IMG/VR virus record: IMGVR_UViG_3300045988_107970
Coordinates: 32,001 to 96,000 of that record
Length of the DNA: 64,000 bases
Source of the DNA: a virus
Reading direction: 5' to 3' (one strand)
Shown: piece after piece, positions 18,122 to 28,706 of the stretch
How the letters are laid out: each line of letters starts with the position of its first letter
Numbering within the stretch: the stretch's first letter is position 1
Position numbers and translations under genes: made by a program
Notes under the pieces: model-generated
The model's input: the letters and a program-made list of their open reading frames with translations, nothing else
What the model was told of the DNA's origin: nothing
The model's database searches: none

Positions 18122-21100
18122 AGAGTATGAGAATTATCATAAACATGATTCAATATCAAACATTTACTTACCTGATAGCCACGTCAAACCAATCGACTAT
18201 ATTAATCGGATCAAGGAGCTTGGTTACGGTTGCTATTTCACCACAAATCATGGCACTGGCGGCGATGTATTTGAGTCTCTTACCGCATGTAAAGAAGCTG
18301 GCATTCGATGCCTGTATGGTGTAGAGGGCTATATTGTTAAAGATCCTCTTGAGAAAGACAAGCGCAACTATCATATCGTAATTATTCCTACAACCAACAA
18401 AGCTAGGAAGAAACTTAATCTTGTGACAAGCAGGTCTAATATCGAGGGGTTCTATTATCGTCCTCGTATCTTCCCAGAGGATTTGCTTAAACTCGACCCA
18501 GAGGATGTGTATATTACTACAGCATGTGTCGCTGGTATTGTTCGTGACAAAGATGCAATCGTTGATATTTTCATGCCGTTAATGAAGTATTTTGGCAATC
18601 ATATGCTTCTTGAGGTACAGAATCATAATGAGCCTAATCAAATTGCTGTGAATAAGACCTGCCTTGCTTTGTCTAAGAAGTTTGGGCTTGAGCTTATTGC
18701 AGCAAATGATAGCCACTATATCTATCCAGAACAAGCAAAAGAGCGTCTTGATTTTCTTCGTGGTAAGGGTCTTACATATGGAGATGAGGACGGATATATT
18801 CTTGATTTCCCAGATTACGACACTCTCTTTGCGCGTTTTCAAAAACAGGGTGTATTATCTGACGAGCAAATCAAGAGGGCAATAGCCAATACTCTTATCT
18901 TTCGTGAGTGCGAGGATATTGAGATTGATAAGTGTATTAAGATGCCGACTGTTTATCCAAACCTTACAGCAGATGAAAAGATTAGCGAGCTTAAAAAGCA
19001 TGTCGTTTCTAAGTTTAGAAACATCATCAAGGCAGACCATATCTCTAAAGACGAGCTTGTTGACTATAAGAGTGGTATTGCGCAAGAGATGAAGGTTATT
19101 GAGGACACAAAGGAGATCAATACAGCAGACTACTTCTTGCTCAACGAAAAGCTGGTTGACCTTGCTGTCAATAAGTATGGTGGCATTCTTACACGCACTG
19201 GACGTGGCAGCTGTGGTGGCTTTTACATCAATCGTATTCTTGGTATGACTCAGCTCGATAGATTCAAGCTAGATATCAAGCTGTATCCAGAGCGCTTTAT
19301 GAGTACGGCGCGACTTCTTGAGAACAGGGCTATGCCAGATATCGACTTCAATGTAGTATCACAGGAGCCGTTTGCCAATGCTGCCAAAGAGTTGCTTGGT
19401 GAGCATGGTTGCTATCCTATGATTGCATATGGCACGATGAAGCTTGGCGAGTCTTTCAGAAATGTTTGTCGTTCACACGGCCTTGCCTTTGATGATTATA
19501 ATGAAATCGCAAAAGACATTGAAAACCATATGAACGACAAGAAGTGGCTACCGTATATCGAAGAAGCTCAAACCTATATGGGTACAGTGGTATCAGCATC
19601 AGTACATCCTTGTGCGTTCTTGCTTGACAATAAGGATATTCGTGAAGAGTATGGCGTTGTCAAAATTGGTGATGCCATGTGCGCTATGATTACATCTGGT
19701 GAAGCAGACGAGTATAAGATGCTTAAGGATGACTTTCTGGTTGTAACTGTATATCGCATTATTTCAGATACGTTTAAACTTATTGGCAAGCCAATCATCT
19801 CAGTTAGCGAGCTACTTGATAACTTAGATAAAAAGGTATGGGACATCTTTGCAAGTGGTCTTACGTGTACTCTTAATCAGGCGGATGGTGATTGGGCTAC
19901 GTCTATGTTAAAGCAGTTCAAGCCACATTCTGTGTCTGATATGGCTATGTTCACAGCTTGCTTACGTCCATTCTTTGAACCTTGGCGAGACAAATTTATT
20001 AACAGAGAGGATTTTACTACTGGCTCTTCTTATCTTGATGAAGTGCTTACGTCAACTCACTCATATATTCTCTTTCAAGAGAATCTGATGCAATATTTTG
20101 AGTGGCTTGGCGTAACGCCTGCTGAGTCTATTGGTCTAATCAAGAAAATTTCCAAGAAGAAGATTCATCCAGAGGACTTCAAGAATCTTGAAGAGAGGAT
20201 CAAAGCAAAGTGGATTGAAAATACTGGATCGCTTGATGACTTTGAAGAGACTTGGCAAATGGTTCAAAGCTGTATGAGCTATGGCTTTTGTAGCGCACAC
20301 GCAGTTGCAACTGGTATTGATTGCCTGTATGGAGCATATCTAAAGGCAAACTATCCACTAGAGTATTACACTTGCACTTTATCTTTATACGCCGATGATA
20401 TTGAAAGAACTTCAAAGCTAATCGCAGAGATGCCTTATTTCAATATCAAGCTGTTGCCAATTCAGTTCGGTAAGTCTGGTGCCGATTACACAATGGACAA
20501 GGATGCTAATTGCATATATAAGGGTATTGAGTCTATCAAATTCTGTAATCGTCAAATCGCAGATGAACTACTTGAGCTATCTAAGAACAAGTATGATTCG
20601 TTTACGGAGCTGCTGAAAGACATTAAAGATAAGACATCTATTAACTCTAGACAGCTGACCATCCTTATCAGTCTTAATTTCTTTTCAGACTTTGGTAAGA
20701 ATAGGTATCTGTTAGATGTTGTTGATATCTATGATAAGTTTGCCAACTCAAAAATCATTGCCAAAAAGAAGATGGAGGAGCTTGGCGTATCTGATTATCT
20801 GATGCAAAAGTATGCTGGCAAGGAGACGAAATCACAGTGGAGACAGCTCGATAACCAAGGATTAATCAATGAGCTTTGTAATAGACTTGAGAATAAATCT
20901 CTTGATATTGTTTCTCAAGTAAGAGCGGAGATGGATTATCTTGGCTATGTGAATTATGTTAACTCCAATATGGCAGACGATTATTATATTGTCACTGGCT
21001 TTGTGACATACAAGAATCCCTGCACTCCCAATCTTGTTTTGCGTAGAATTTGTGACGGCGAAGAGATAGGGTGTAGAATTAAGCAGTCAAAGGTGTTCAA

Positions 21101-21242
21101 GGAGACTCCATTTGGCATGTATTCTATCTTGAAGATTGAAGGATTTACATACGACTTCAAGAGCAAGAAGATTAATGGCGAATGGCAAAAGTCAGATGAG
21201 CGCGAGATTGTACTCGAAAACTATGAATGTATGAAAGGGTAG
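18108..21242 (+). CDS. DNA polymerase III alpha-type replicative polymerase (PHP domain N-terminus)
   Basis: About 1045 aa. PHP motifs YHKHDSISN and TTNHG, followed by a long pol III alpha-like core. Start is uncertain (TTG 18096 or ATG 18108) and overlaps the end of the endonuclease gene. Confidence 0.8.
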   Translation: MFVLKEYENYHKHDSISNIYLPDSHVKPIDYINRIKELGYGCYFTTNHGTGGDVFESLTACKEAGIRCLYGVEGYIVKDPLEKDKRNYHIVIIPTTNKARKKLNLVTSRSNIEGFYYRPRIFPEDLLKLDPEDVYITTACVAGIVRDKDAIVDIFMPLMKYFGNHMLLEVQNHNEPNQIAVNKTCLALSKKFGLELIAANDSHYIYPEQAKERLDFLRGKGLTYGDEDGYILDFPDYDTLFARFQKQGVLSDEQIKRAIANTLIFRECEDIEIDKCIKMPTVYPNLTADEKISELKKHVVSKFRNIIKADHISKDELVDYKSGIAQEMKVIEDTKEINTADYFLLNEKLVDLAVNKYGGILTRTGRGSCGGFYINRILGMTQLDRFKLDIKLYPERFMSTARLLENRAMPDIDFNVVSQEPFANAAKELLGEHGCYPMIAYGTMKLGESFRNVCRSHGLAFDDYNEIAKDIENHMNDKKWLPYIEEAQTYMGTVVSASVHPCAFLLDNKDIREEYGVVKIGDAMCAMITSGEADEYKMLKDDFLVVTVYRIISDTFKLIGKPIISVSELLDNLDKKVWDIFASGLTCTLNQADGDWATSMLKQFKPHSVSDMAMFTACLRPFFEPWRDKFINREDFTTGSSYLDEVLTSTHSYILFQENLMQYFEWLGVTPAESIGLIKKISKKKIHPEDFKNLEERIKAKWIENTGSLDDFEETWQMVQSCMSYGFCSAHAVATGIDCLYGAYLKANYPLEYYTCTLSLYADDIERTSKLIAEMPYFNIKLLPIQFGKSGADYTMDKDANCIYKGIESIKFCNRQIADELLELSKNKYDSFTELLKDIKDKTSINSRQLTILISLNFFSDFGKNRYLLDVVDIYDKFANSKIIAKKKMEELGVSDYLMQKYAGKETKSQWRQLDNQGLINELCNRLENKSLDIVSQVRAEMDYLGYVNYVNSNMADDYYIVTGFVTYKNPCTPNLVLRRICDGEEIGCRIKQSKVFKETPFGMYSILKIEGFTYDFKSKKINGEWQKSDEREIVLENYECMKG

Positions 21243-21247
21243 ACACA

Positions 21248-23494
21248 ATGGATAACAATCAGGTAGAGTTCAAAGGCACTGTTGTTAAATGTGTCTACTC
21301 TTCTCCTAATTTCAAAACATATGCTCTTGATGTAGACGATGTTTCATATCCTAACATCAAGCACAATAAGTTTGACAACGTTTCCCTTATCGGTGATTTG
21401 TCAGACCTTGTTATTGGTATTGAATACGATGTTGTTGCCACAGAAGAGCAGACAAAATATGGCATAAGCTATCGTGGTGTAAATGTACGTAGGGATATGC
21501 CTACAAAAACGTCAGATGTTAAGGCATTTTTACAAGAGATTCTTACTATGAATCAGGCAGAAGTTCTTTATGAGAACTATCCTGATATCATCGATATCGT
21601 CATGGAAGGTAAGGATGATATCGTAGATGTCGATAAGCTCTATGGCATTGGTAAAAAGACATTTGAGAGAATCAAAGAAAAGATTATCGAGAACTTTAAG
21701 CTTGTTGACATTGTGGCAGAGTTTAAGGGCGCTATTTCACTTAGTATGATTAAGCGCATTTATGATAAATACAATGACGTTGATGTACTAATGGAGCGTC
21801 TTAAGGATGCGCCATATGCTACGCTTACTCGCGTCAGCGGTGTGGGCTATAAGATTGCCGATTCCATCATCCTTAATCTGCAAAAAGAGGGCGTTATTGA
21901 TTTTGGGTACGATGTAAAAACTAGTAAAGATAGGTGTCTTGCCTGCATTATCTATTTGCTTAAAGAGAACGAGAATGAAGGCAACACGAAGATGAATCTT
22001 GCGGACTTGCGCCAGCAATGCTATGACATGGTTCAATCTTGTGCAGACCATTTCGTCAACGCCATTCAGGATGATGCTATTTACTATGATAAGTACACTA
22101 TGTCTATCGCTCTCTCAAGTACGTTTAAGAAAGAAAAACATATTGCATATATGATTATGAACAATATATTTAATCCAAATAACGTTTGGGATTTTGATGT
22201 AGAGAAGTACGGCAAAGTTGGTGAATTCGAGCTGTCCGATGAGCAGATTATGGCTGTTGAATACTTATGTAAATACAACATCAGTATTCTTAACGGCGCA
22301 GGAGGTACTGGCAAAAGCTTTTCAACGCAAGCCATTATCAATATGCTTGAAGACAATGGAAAGAAGTATAAACTATTTTCACCAACTGGTAAGGCAGCTA
22401 AGGTCTTATCTGGATTCACAGGAAGAAAAGCTTCTACTATTCACAGGGGTCTTGGGTATAATCCACGAGTCGGTTGGTCTTATAACCAAGATTGCAAGCT
22501 TTGTTGCGATGTTGTCGTAGTCGATGAGTGTTCGATGGTTGACGTTAATTTGTTCGCACATCTTATTGATGCTATCGACTTTAATAGCACAAAGCTTATG
22601 CTGATTGGTGATAATGCACAGCTACCCTCTGTTGGATGCGGTAATTTGTTCCATGATTTTATGCAGAGCGATGTTATCCCAACAACGACATTGACTAAAG
22701 TGTTTCGTTATGGGGAAGGCGGTGTATCCACTGTTGCGACAGACACGCGATTCTGTAAGACATATCTTGATGCAAGTATGAAAAACAAAGCTACTTGGTT
22801 TGGAACAAGTAAAGATTATGTGTTCATTGATTTTGCAAAAGAAGATGTCCCTAAAAATGCAGTTGCGCTATACAAAAAGCTATTGAAAAACGGCGAACAC
22901 ATGGAAGACATTCAGGTTCTTACGGCTAAGAACATAGGAGAATACGGTACAGCAAAACTTAACAACATGATTCAAAAGGCTGTTAATAAAAACTATGGCA
23001 CTAAAAAATATATGAAGGTGGGAGATGTACAATATTATGATGATGACATAGTTGTACAAAAACAAAACAACTATAGTGCCTTAATATGTGATGAACATGG
23101 AACGATAAATGAAAAAGAGGGAACTGCGTTCGTTGCAAATGGCGAAACCGCACGTATCGTATATGTATGCGCTACATATGCCGTGCTTGATTTTGATGGT
23201 ATCATTGTTAAGTATTCTAAGTATGATATGACTATGGTGGGACTTGCATATGCCATGACAATCCACAAGTCACAGGGCAGTAGCATCAAAAACGTCATCC
23301 TTTGCACGACAAAGAGCGATATCTTTATGCTCAATAGCAACTTGCTCTATGTTGGTGTAAGCCGTACAAAAAATCGCTGTTATCATCTAGGCTCTATTGA
23401 TGCCGTCAATATGGCGGTTAAAAAGAAAGCCAATCTATCAAGGCAGACATTCATGCAAGAATTGATGAAGTCAATGGAGTATATGCAAGGATAG
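21248..23494 (+). CDS. RecD-like SF1 DNA helicase
   Basis: Walker A GAGGTGKS, Walker B VVVDECSMVD, C-terminal MTIHKSQGSS motif. Start at ATG 21248, just after the polymerase stop. Confidence 0.8.
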   Translation: MDNNQVEFKGTVVKCVYSSPNFKTYALDVDDVSYPNIKHNKFDNVSLIGDLSDLVIGIEYDVVATEEQTKYGISYRGVNVRRDMPTKTSDVKAFLQEILTMNQAEVLYENYPDIIDIVMEGKDDIVDVDKLYGIGKKTFERIKEKIIENFKLVDIVAEFKGAISLSMIKRIYDKYNDVDVLMERLKDAPYATLTRVSGVGYKIADSIILNLQKEGVIDFGYDVKTSKDRCLACIIYLLKENENEGNTKMNLADLRQQCYDMVQSCADHFVNAIQDDAIYYDKYTMSIALSSTFKKEKHIAYMIMNNIFNPNNVWDFDVEKYGKVGEFELSDEQIMAVEYLCKYNISILNGAGGTGKSFSTQAIINMLEDNGKKYKLFSPTGKAAKVLSGFTGRKASTIHRGLGYNPRVGWSYNQDCKLCCDVVVVDECSMVDVNLFAHLIDAIDFNSTKLMLIGDNAQLPSVGCGNLFHDFMQSDVIPTTTLTKVFRYGEGGVSTVATDTRFCKTYLDASMKNKATWFGTSKDYVFIDFAKEDVPKNAVALYKKLLKNGEHMEDIQVLTAKNIGEYGTAKLNNMIQKAVNKNYGTKKYMKVGDVQYYDDDIVVQKQNNYSALICDEHGTINEKEGTAFVANGETARIVYVCATYAVLDFDGIIVKYSKYDMTMVGLAYAMTIHKSQGSSIKNVILCTTKSDIFMLNSNLLYVGVSRTKNRCYHLGSIDAVNMAVKKKANLSRQTFMQELMKSMEYMQG

Positions 23495-23556
23495 ATTGAC
23501 ATAAAACCTACACAATATTAATAGGAGTTTGTGGTATTATATATACTGCAAACTCC

Positions 23557-23569
23557 TAATGTTATATGC
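23557..23569 (+). promoter_or_regulatory. conserved 13-mer TAATGTTATATGC
   Basis: Directly follows a 10-bp hairpin, TAGGAGTTTG (23522..23531) / CAAACTCCTA (23549..23558). Confidence 0.45.
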
Positions 23570-23584
23570 AAAGAGGTGATTGGA

Positions 23585-24235
23585 TTGAAGAATAAAGATA
23601 TTCTAGTGTCTATTGGTGTGTTGGGTATATTTGCGGTTCTTTTGTTTAGCATTTTGTATTTCGTGTTTCAACCAGTTCATAGTGACAATGATGGCAAGGA
23701 TAGCGATGATACAAGTGTTGTAATTATTAAAGACAAAGAGAAAGCAGAAGAGTCTGATGATGAATACGCTGATTTAACTGCAAAATATGTAAGCTACGAG
23801 ACTTATGATGCTCCTAAGAATAGTGGATTTAAATCTTTTATGGATTATAGAACGATAACTAATACCGATTCTAAACAGTACAGGCTACAACAGCATTATG
23901 CTGAGACTGGCGAATACGGTATTAGGATGGCTGATAGCAGATATATCGTGGCTATCGGTACATATTTTACATCTGATGTTGGTCAGTATTTTGATATTAT
24001 ACTTGAAAATGGTACTGTTATCCCGTGTATTTTGGGAGATCAAAAGGCTGATGTAGATACCGATTCAGATAATATCATCACAAAGCACAATGGATGTATG
24101 AGTGAATTTATCGTTGATTCAGATGCGCTGAATGAGGATATTAAGTTCCACGGTGACATGTCTTACTGTTTAAAAGATTGGGACAGTCCTATTAAAACTA
24201 TCAAGGTATACAACAGAAATATTTTTGAATATTAA
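23585..24235 (+). CDS. membrane-anchored protein, possible cell-wall-acting domain
   Basis: Likely TTG start after AAAGAGGTGA. N-terminal TM helix ILVSIGVLGIFAVLLFSILYFVF. C-terminal region weakly reminiscent of 3D/DPBB-type domains. Confidence 0.35.
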   Translation: MKNKDILVSIGVLGIFAVLLFSILYFVFQPVHSDNDGKDSDDTSVVIIKDKEKAEESDDEYADLTAKYVSYETYDAPKNSGFKSFMDYRTITNTDSKQYRLQQHYAETGEYGIRMADSRYIVAIGTYFTSDVGQYFDIILENGTVIPCILGDQKADVDTDSDNIITKHNGCMSEFIVDSDALNEDIKFHGDMSYCLKDWDSPIKTIKVYNRNIFEY

Positions 24236-24296
24236 TTTATATTCTTATGTATATTAGTGGCTAAATGCTGTATAATATTTAATTGTATCAAATAAA

Positions 24297-24305
24297 GTTA
24301 TATGC
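24297..24305 (+). promoter_or_regulatory. variant of the conserved motif (AAAGTTATATGC)
   Basis: One mismatch to the 13-mer. Lies 22 nt upstream of the nrdD start. Confidence 0.35.
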
Positions 24306-24326
24306 TTTAATTAGGAGGTAATGCGT

Positions 24327-26501
24327 ATGATGTTTGTTATTAAGCGAAATGGACGAGAAGACGCTTTTGACAAGAACAAGATTTCAAACGCTATTAAGAA
24401 AGCATTTATTGAAGTTGATGGCGATGTTACCGAGGACGCAAATAAAATTGCAAATAAGATTTCAAATGAAATCGCAAATATCAAGAAAGAGAAAATGTCC
24501 GTTGAGGATATTCAAGACATGGTTGTGAACAAGCTTATGTCAACCTCGCGCAAAGATGTGGCTTCTCATTACGTTGAGTACCGTTATAAGCGTAAGATTA
24601 TTCGTGAGGTCAATACAACAGATGAAACAATTATGGAGCTGCTAAGCGGAGACAGCGATTATTGGAATAACGAAAACTCAAATAAGAATGCTAGTCTTGT
24701 CACCACTCAACGAGATTATATGGCTGGCGTTGTAAGTGAAGATATCTCCAAGCGCTTTTTGCTACCAGAGGATGTTGTTGAAGCTCATGAAGCTGGCATC
24801 ATTCATTTTCATGACATTGATTATTTTGGGCAGAATGCTCTCAGTAATTGCTGCCTAATTAACCTAGAAGACATGCTTCAGAATGGCACTGTTATCTCTA
24901 ATGTTATGATTGAGAAGCCGCATAGCTTTGCCACCGCTTGCAATATCGCCACTCAGATTATTGCTCAGGTTGCATCAAGTCAGTATGGTGGACAGACAAT
25001 TAGCCTTACACATCTTGCTCCTTTTGTTGACGTGAGCCGACAGAAGATTAAGAAGCAGGCGATGGATACATATGTTGAGTTTGTCGGACATGAGCCTAAG
25101 ACAGATGACGAGATTGCCAATTACAATGATATTGTCGAGTCTATGGTGAAGGACGAGATTAAGCGCGGCGTTCAGACTATTCAGTATCAAGTTGTAACAC
25201 TTATGACAACCAATGGACAGGCTCCATTCCTTTCTGTGAACATGTATCTTAACGAAGCAAAAGATGAGCAAACTAAGAACGACCTTGCTCTAGTTATTGA
25301 AGAGGTTCTTAATCAGCGCATTCAGGGCGTTAAGAATGAGAAGGGCGTATGGGTAACGCCTGCATTCCCGAAGCTGCTTTATGTCCTTGAGGATGATAAT
25401 ATCCATGAGGGCGATAAGTATTTCTATCTCACTAAGCTTGCTGCCAAGTGTACCGCAAAGCGTATGGTGCCTGATTATATTTCTGAAAAGAAGATGAAGG
25501 AATATAAGCTATCTAAGGGCGAAGAGGTTGGAAATGGGGATTGTTATCCTTGTATGGGGTGCCGCTCGTTCCTTACCCCAGACCGTAGTGGTAATGGATA
25601 TGATAACATTGCAAAGGCTAAGAACTATGATGGCAAGCCGAAGTATTATGGTCGCCTAAATCAAGGTGTTGTGACAATCAACCTTCCTGATGTTGCACTA
25701 TCGTCTGGCGGCGACTTTGATAAGTTCTGGAAGCTTTTTGATGAGCGCACTGAACTTTGTCACAAGGCGCTACAGGCACGTCATAATAGGCTCATGGGTA
25801 CTCCATCTGATGTAGCACCTATCCTTTGGCAGCATGGCGCTTTTGCTCGCTTGGACAAGGGTGAAAAGATTGACAAGCTTCTTTACAATGGATATTCAAC
25901 AATTTCACTTGGATACGCTGGTCTTTATGAGTGTGTAAAGTATATGACTGGTCATAGCCATACAGATGGTGATATTGGTGAGAAGTTTGGACTTGAGGTA
26001 ATGCAGGCTCTTACCGATAAGTGCAATCAATGGAAGGAAGCAGAGAACATTGATTACAGTCCATACGGTAGCCCAATTGAATCTACCACATACAAATTTG
26101 CAAAGTGTTTAAAGAAGCGCTTTGGTGTAATCGAGGGTATCACTGATAAGGATTATATTACCAACTCTTATCATGTTAATGTTACTGAACACATCGATGC
26201 GTTTAGCAAGCTTGCTATCGAGTCTAAGTTCCAGAAGCTTTCTCAGGGCGGTGCCATTAGCTATGTTGAGGTGCCAAATCTAACAAACAATATCGATGCA
26301 GTGATTCAGATTATTCAGTTTATCTATGACAATATTATGTATGCTGAGCTGAATACAAAGAGCGATTATTGTATGGTGTGCGGTTGGGACAAGGAGATCC
26401 TTATTGTAGAGGATAAGGATACTGGCGAGCTTGTTTGGGAATGCCCCAACTGTGGCAACCGCGACCATGATAAAATGAGCGTGGCACGCAGAACTTGTGG
26501 T
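24327..26501 (+). CDS. nrdD: anaerobic ribonucleoside-triphosphate reductase NrdD, exon 1
   Basis: ATP-cone N-terminus (VIKRNGREDAFDKNKI), class III RNR body, C-terminal Zn site CMVCG...CPNCG. In this frame the ORF ends RRTCG-QN-stop, cutting the glycyl-radical motif RxCGY. Confidence 0.8.
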
Positions 26502-27478
26502 CAAAATTAAAAGAATCCAATACAGGCTACAAATCAAAACGGTTAAAATTCACGGGAAACCTAAACAATTAATATTGCATGGCAACCGTGAGCCAAGCTT
26601 GTTTACAATAGACTGTCCAATGATAAATCGAAGGGAGGTAATATGTATAAGATTAATGATGTTAAGACTTGTGAAGACCATAACATAGGAACTGTTTATA
26701 TGAATGACAAGCCATATTATGTATGCAACGTTTGTGGGAAAATGTCTTTCCAAAAGGTATCGTCTAATAAGAAAGTATGGTGTACAAAACATTATAAGCA
26801 GTTTAAAAAATATGGACATGTATTAGAAAATAACCCAAGAACAATTTCTGATAGAAACGAGATAAGGGTTGACGGAGACATTGCATATATAGATTTATAT
26901 GATAAGAATTGCAATGTTGTAGCAACTGCTATGGTTGATGCGGAAGATGTTCCAAAGGTAAAAGACATTAAGTGGAAACTTTCTGGCTCTGGTTACGCAA
27001 TGAACACACCAAAGTTTAAAGGTGGAAACATTCATATGTCGAGAGTTATTCTTGACACCGACCAGTTTGTAGACCATATTAATCACAATACGTTAGACAA
27101 TAGGAAGTGCAATCTTAGAGTAGTAACAAAGCCTCAGAATCAAATGAATGCAAACTATAAGGGTGTTGCAAAAACCAAAAATGGGAAATTTTACGCACAC
27201 ATTAAACTAAATGGGAAACTATTTAATCTTGGTGAGTATGTGTTTGAAGAAGAAGCTTTGTTCGCAAGATGGTATGCGGAAACTTTACTATTCAAAGAGC
27301 ATCGTTATCCGAAAGAAAAACCTGTAATTCTATTGGACAGGGAATTGCAGATTAAAGAATATGTAAACAAGAAGGTGCAGAGACTATAATAATCGGCGTT
27401 GCTCAACCAAAATAATGGAGAGAACGTAAGGCATAGTCCACACCCCTAATAAATATCGGGAAACCGAGGGTACTATGG
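26502..27478 (+). mobile_element. group-I-like self-splicing intron carrying an HNH endonuclease ORF
   Basis: Exon 1 ends in U (26501) and the intron ends in G (27478). Candidate P1 pairs 26495..26501 with 26526..26532, including a U-G at the splice site. AAGGCATAGTCC (27428..27439) resembles J8/7-P7. GAAA-tetraloop hairpin CGGGAAACCG at 27457..27466. Confidence 0.65.
26643..27389 (+). CDS. intron-encoded HNH homing endonuclease with AP2 domain
   Basis: GGGAGG RBS. HNH motif VDHINHNTLDNRKCNLRVV. AP2-like segment YKGVAKTKNGKFYAHIKLNGKLFNLGEY. Confidence 0.75.
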   Translation: MYKINDVKTCEDHNIGTVYMNDKPYYVCNVCGKMSFQKVSSNKKVWCTKHYKQFKKYGHVLENNPRTISDRNEIRVDGDIAYIDLYDKNCNVVATAMVDAEDVPKVKDIKWKLSGSGYAMNTPKFKGGNIHMSRVILDTDQFVDHINHNTLDNRKCNLRVVTKPQNQMNANYKGVAKTKNGKFYAHIKLNGKLFNLGEYVFEEEALFARWYAETLLFKEHRYPKEKPVILLDRELQIKEYVNKKVQRL

Positions 27479-27574
27479 TACATTGGAAGTAACTTCTGGA
27501 ATGCTGGACGTACTCAGGAGATTAAAGAGCGCGTCCTTCATGTAGACGATATGCCAGCGGAAGATGGTGATTAA
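27479..27574 (+). CDS. nrdD: NrdD exon 2 (completes the glycyl-radical domain)
   Basis: Translates to YIGSNFWNAGRTQEIKERVLHVDDMPAEDGD-stop. Joined to exon 1 this gives RRTCGYIGSNFWNAGRTQEIKERV, the conserved class III RNR C-terminus. Confidence 0.7.
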   Translation, partial: YIGSNFWNAGRTQEIKERVLHVDDMPAEDGD

Positions 27575-28133
27575 AATTAGGTATGCATTAATTCGCAAGA
27601 TGGATATTTCGAATGGCAGCGGCATCGGCGTTTCTCTTTTTGTACAAGGGTGCCGCGCCCATTGTAAAAACTGTTTTAACAGTGAAACATGGGGATTTAC
27701 TGGTGGCAAAGAATGGACTAAGCAGACTAAAGAAGAGTTTCTTAAGCTTGTTGCGCAGCCGTTTGTTGCCAGAGTAACCATCCTTGGTGGAGAGCCGCTT
27801 GAGCCTGAAAATGTATACGATGTTCTTTCTCTCATCAAAGACATTAAAGCCAAGTTTCCAGACAAGAAAATCTGGCTGTATACTGGATTTACATGGGAAC
27901 AAATCTTTAAGCCAGCTATGTTAAATGATTTAAACCCATTAGACTTCTTTAAGACTGTTAAAGTTAAGACAGCTCGAAAGAACATTGTTTCTATGTGCGA
28001 TGTTGTTGTCGATGGTAGATACGTTGACGAGCTTAACGACATATCTTTAAAGTGGTGTGGAAGTTCAAATCAGCGTGTAATAAATGTTCAAAAAACTATA
28101 GCAACAAATAAGATTGTATTGTATAATAATTAA
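27564..28133 (+). CDS. nrdG: anaerobic RNR activating enzyme NrdG (radical SAM)
   Basis: DISNGSGIGVSLFVQGCRAHCKNCFN is the canonical NrdG N-terminal cluster motif. Overlaps the end of exon 2 by 11 nt. Confidence 0.8.
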   Translation: MVIKIRYALIRKMDISNGSGIGVSLFVQGCRAHCKNCFNSETWGFTGGKEWTKQTKEEFLKLVAQPFVARVTILGGEPLEPENVYDVLSLIKDIKAKFPDKKIWLYTGFTWEQIFKPAMLNDLNPLDFFKTVKVKTARKNIVSMCDVVVDGRYVDELNDISLKWCGSSNQRVINVQKTIATNKIVLYNN

Positions 28134-28143
28134 CGTTATATGC
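28131..28143 (+). promoter_or_regulatory. variant of the conserved motif (TAACGTTATATGC)
   Basis: One mismatch to the 13-mer. Lies 24 nt upstream of ATG 28167. Confidence 0.35.
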
Positions 28144-28166
28144 GATAACAAAGAAAGGTGATTTAT

Positions 28167-28706
28167 ATGCAGCGCATGGCAAATTTTTCTAAGGTGTCTT
28201 TCAACAGATTTCATGATGATTGGCTTGACACTTTTGATGCTCTAAAGGACGAGACTGATAACGACAAGCTTGAGAAGCATCTTCGCAATATCTACAATGG
28301 TATTAAGCTTCCTAAGCGTGCCACAGCTCAGAGCGCAGGTTATGATTTCTTTTCTCCTATGAGCTTTGTTCTTGAGCCTAACGACTCCATTAAGATTCCG
28401 ACTGGTATTCGCTGTGAGATGTATGACGGCTGGGTTCTGATGGGATTCCCTCGTAGCGGACTTGGTTTCAAATACGGTTTGTCAATGGCAAACACTGTAT
28501 CTATTATTGATGGCGATTACTTTGACTCTGATAATGAAGGCAATATTTTTGTAAAGTTGACAAATAACAGTTGTCTAGCCAAGGAGATTCGCATCAACAA
28601 GGGCGATGCTTTCTGTCAGGGCATTTTCCTTCCCTTTGGTATCACACTAGACGATAACACCACGGCTGTGCGCAATGGTGGTCTGGGGTCAACTGATGCA
28701 AAGTAA
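28167..28706 (+). CDS. dut: dUTPase (trimeric type)
   Basis: Motifs AGYDFFSP, IPTGIRC, GFPRSGLG, IIDGDY and a C-terminal GGLGST arm. Start at ATG 28167 after AAAGGTG. Confidence 0.75.
   Translation: MQRMANFSKVSFNRFHDDWLDTFDALKDETDNDKLEKHLRNIYNGIKLPKRATAQSAGYDFFSPMSFVLEPNDSIKIPTGIRCEMYDGWVLMGFPRSGLGFKYGLSMANTVSIIDGDYFDSDNEGNIFVKLTNNSCLAKEIRINKGDAFCQGIFLPFGITLDDNTTAVRNGGLGSTDAK

Noticed and set aside
24321-26510. nrdD as a C-terminally truncated pseudogene.
   Set aside because: The missing glycyl-radical C-terminus is encoded intact at 27479..27574. Group-I-style boundaries and an endonuclease ORF lie in between.
27473-28042. A 189-aa - strand ORF (and 27588..27902).
   Set aside because: It is antisense to nrdG, which has an unambiguous radical SAM activase motif. 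It has no RBS and no recognisable motif.
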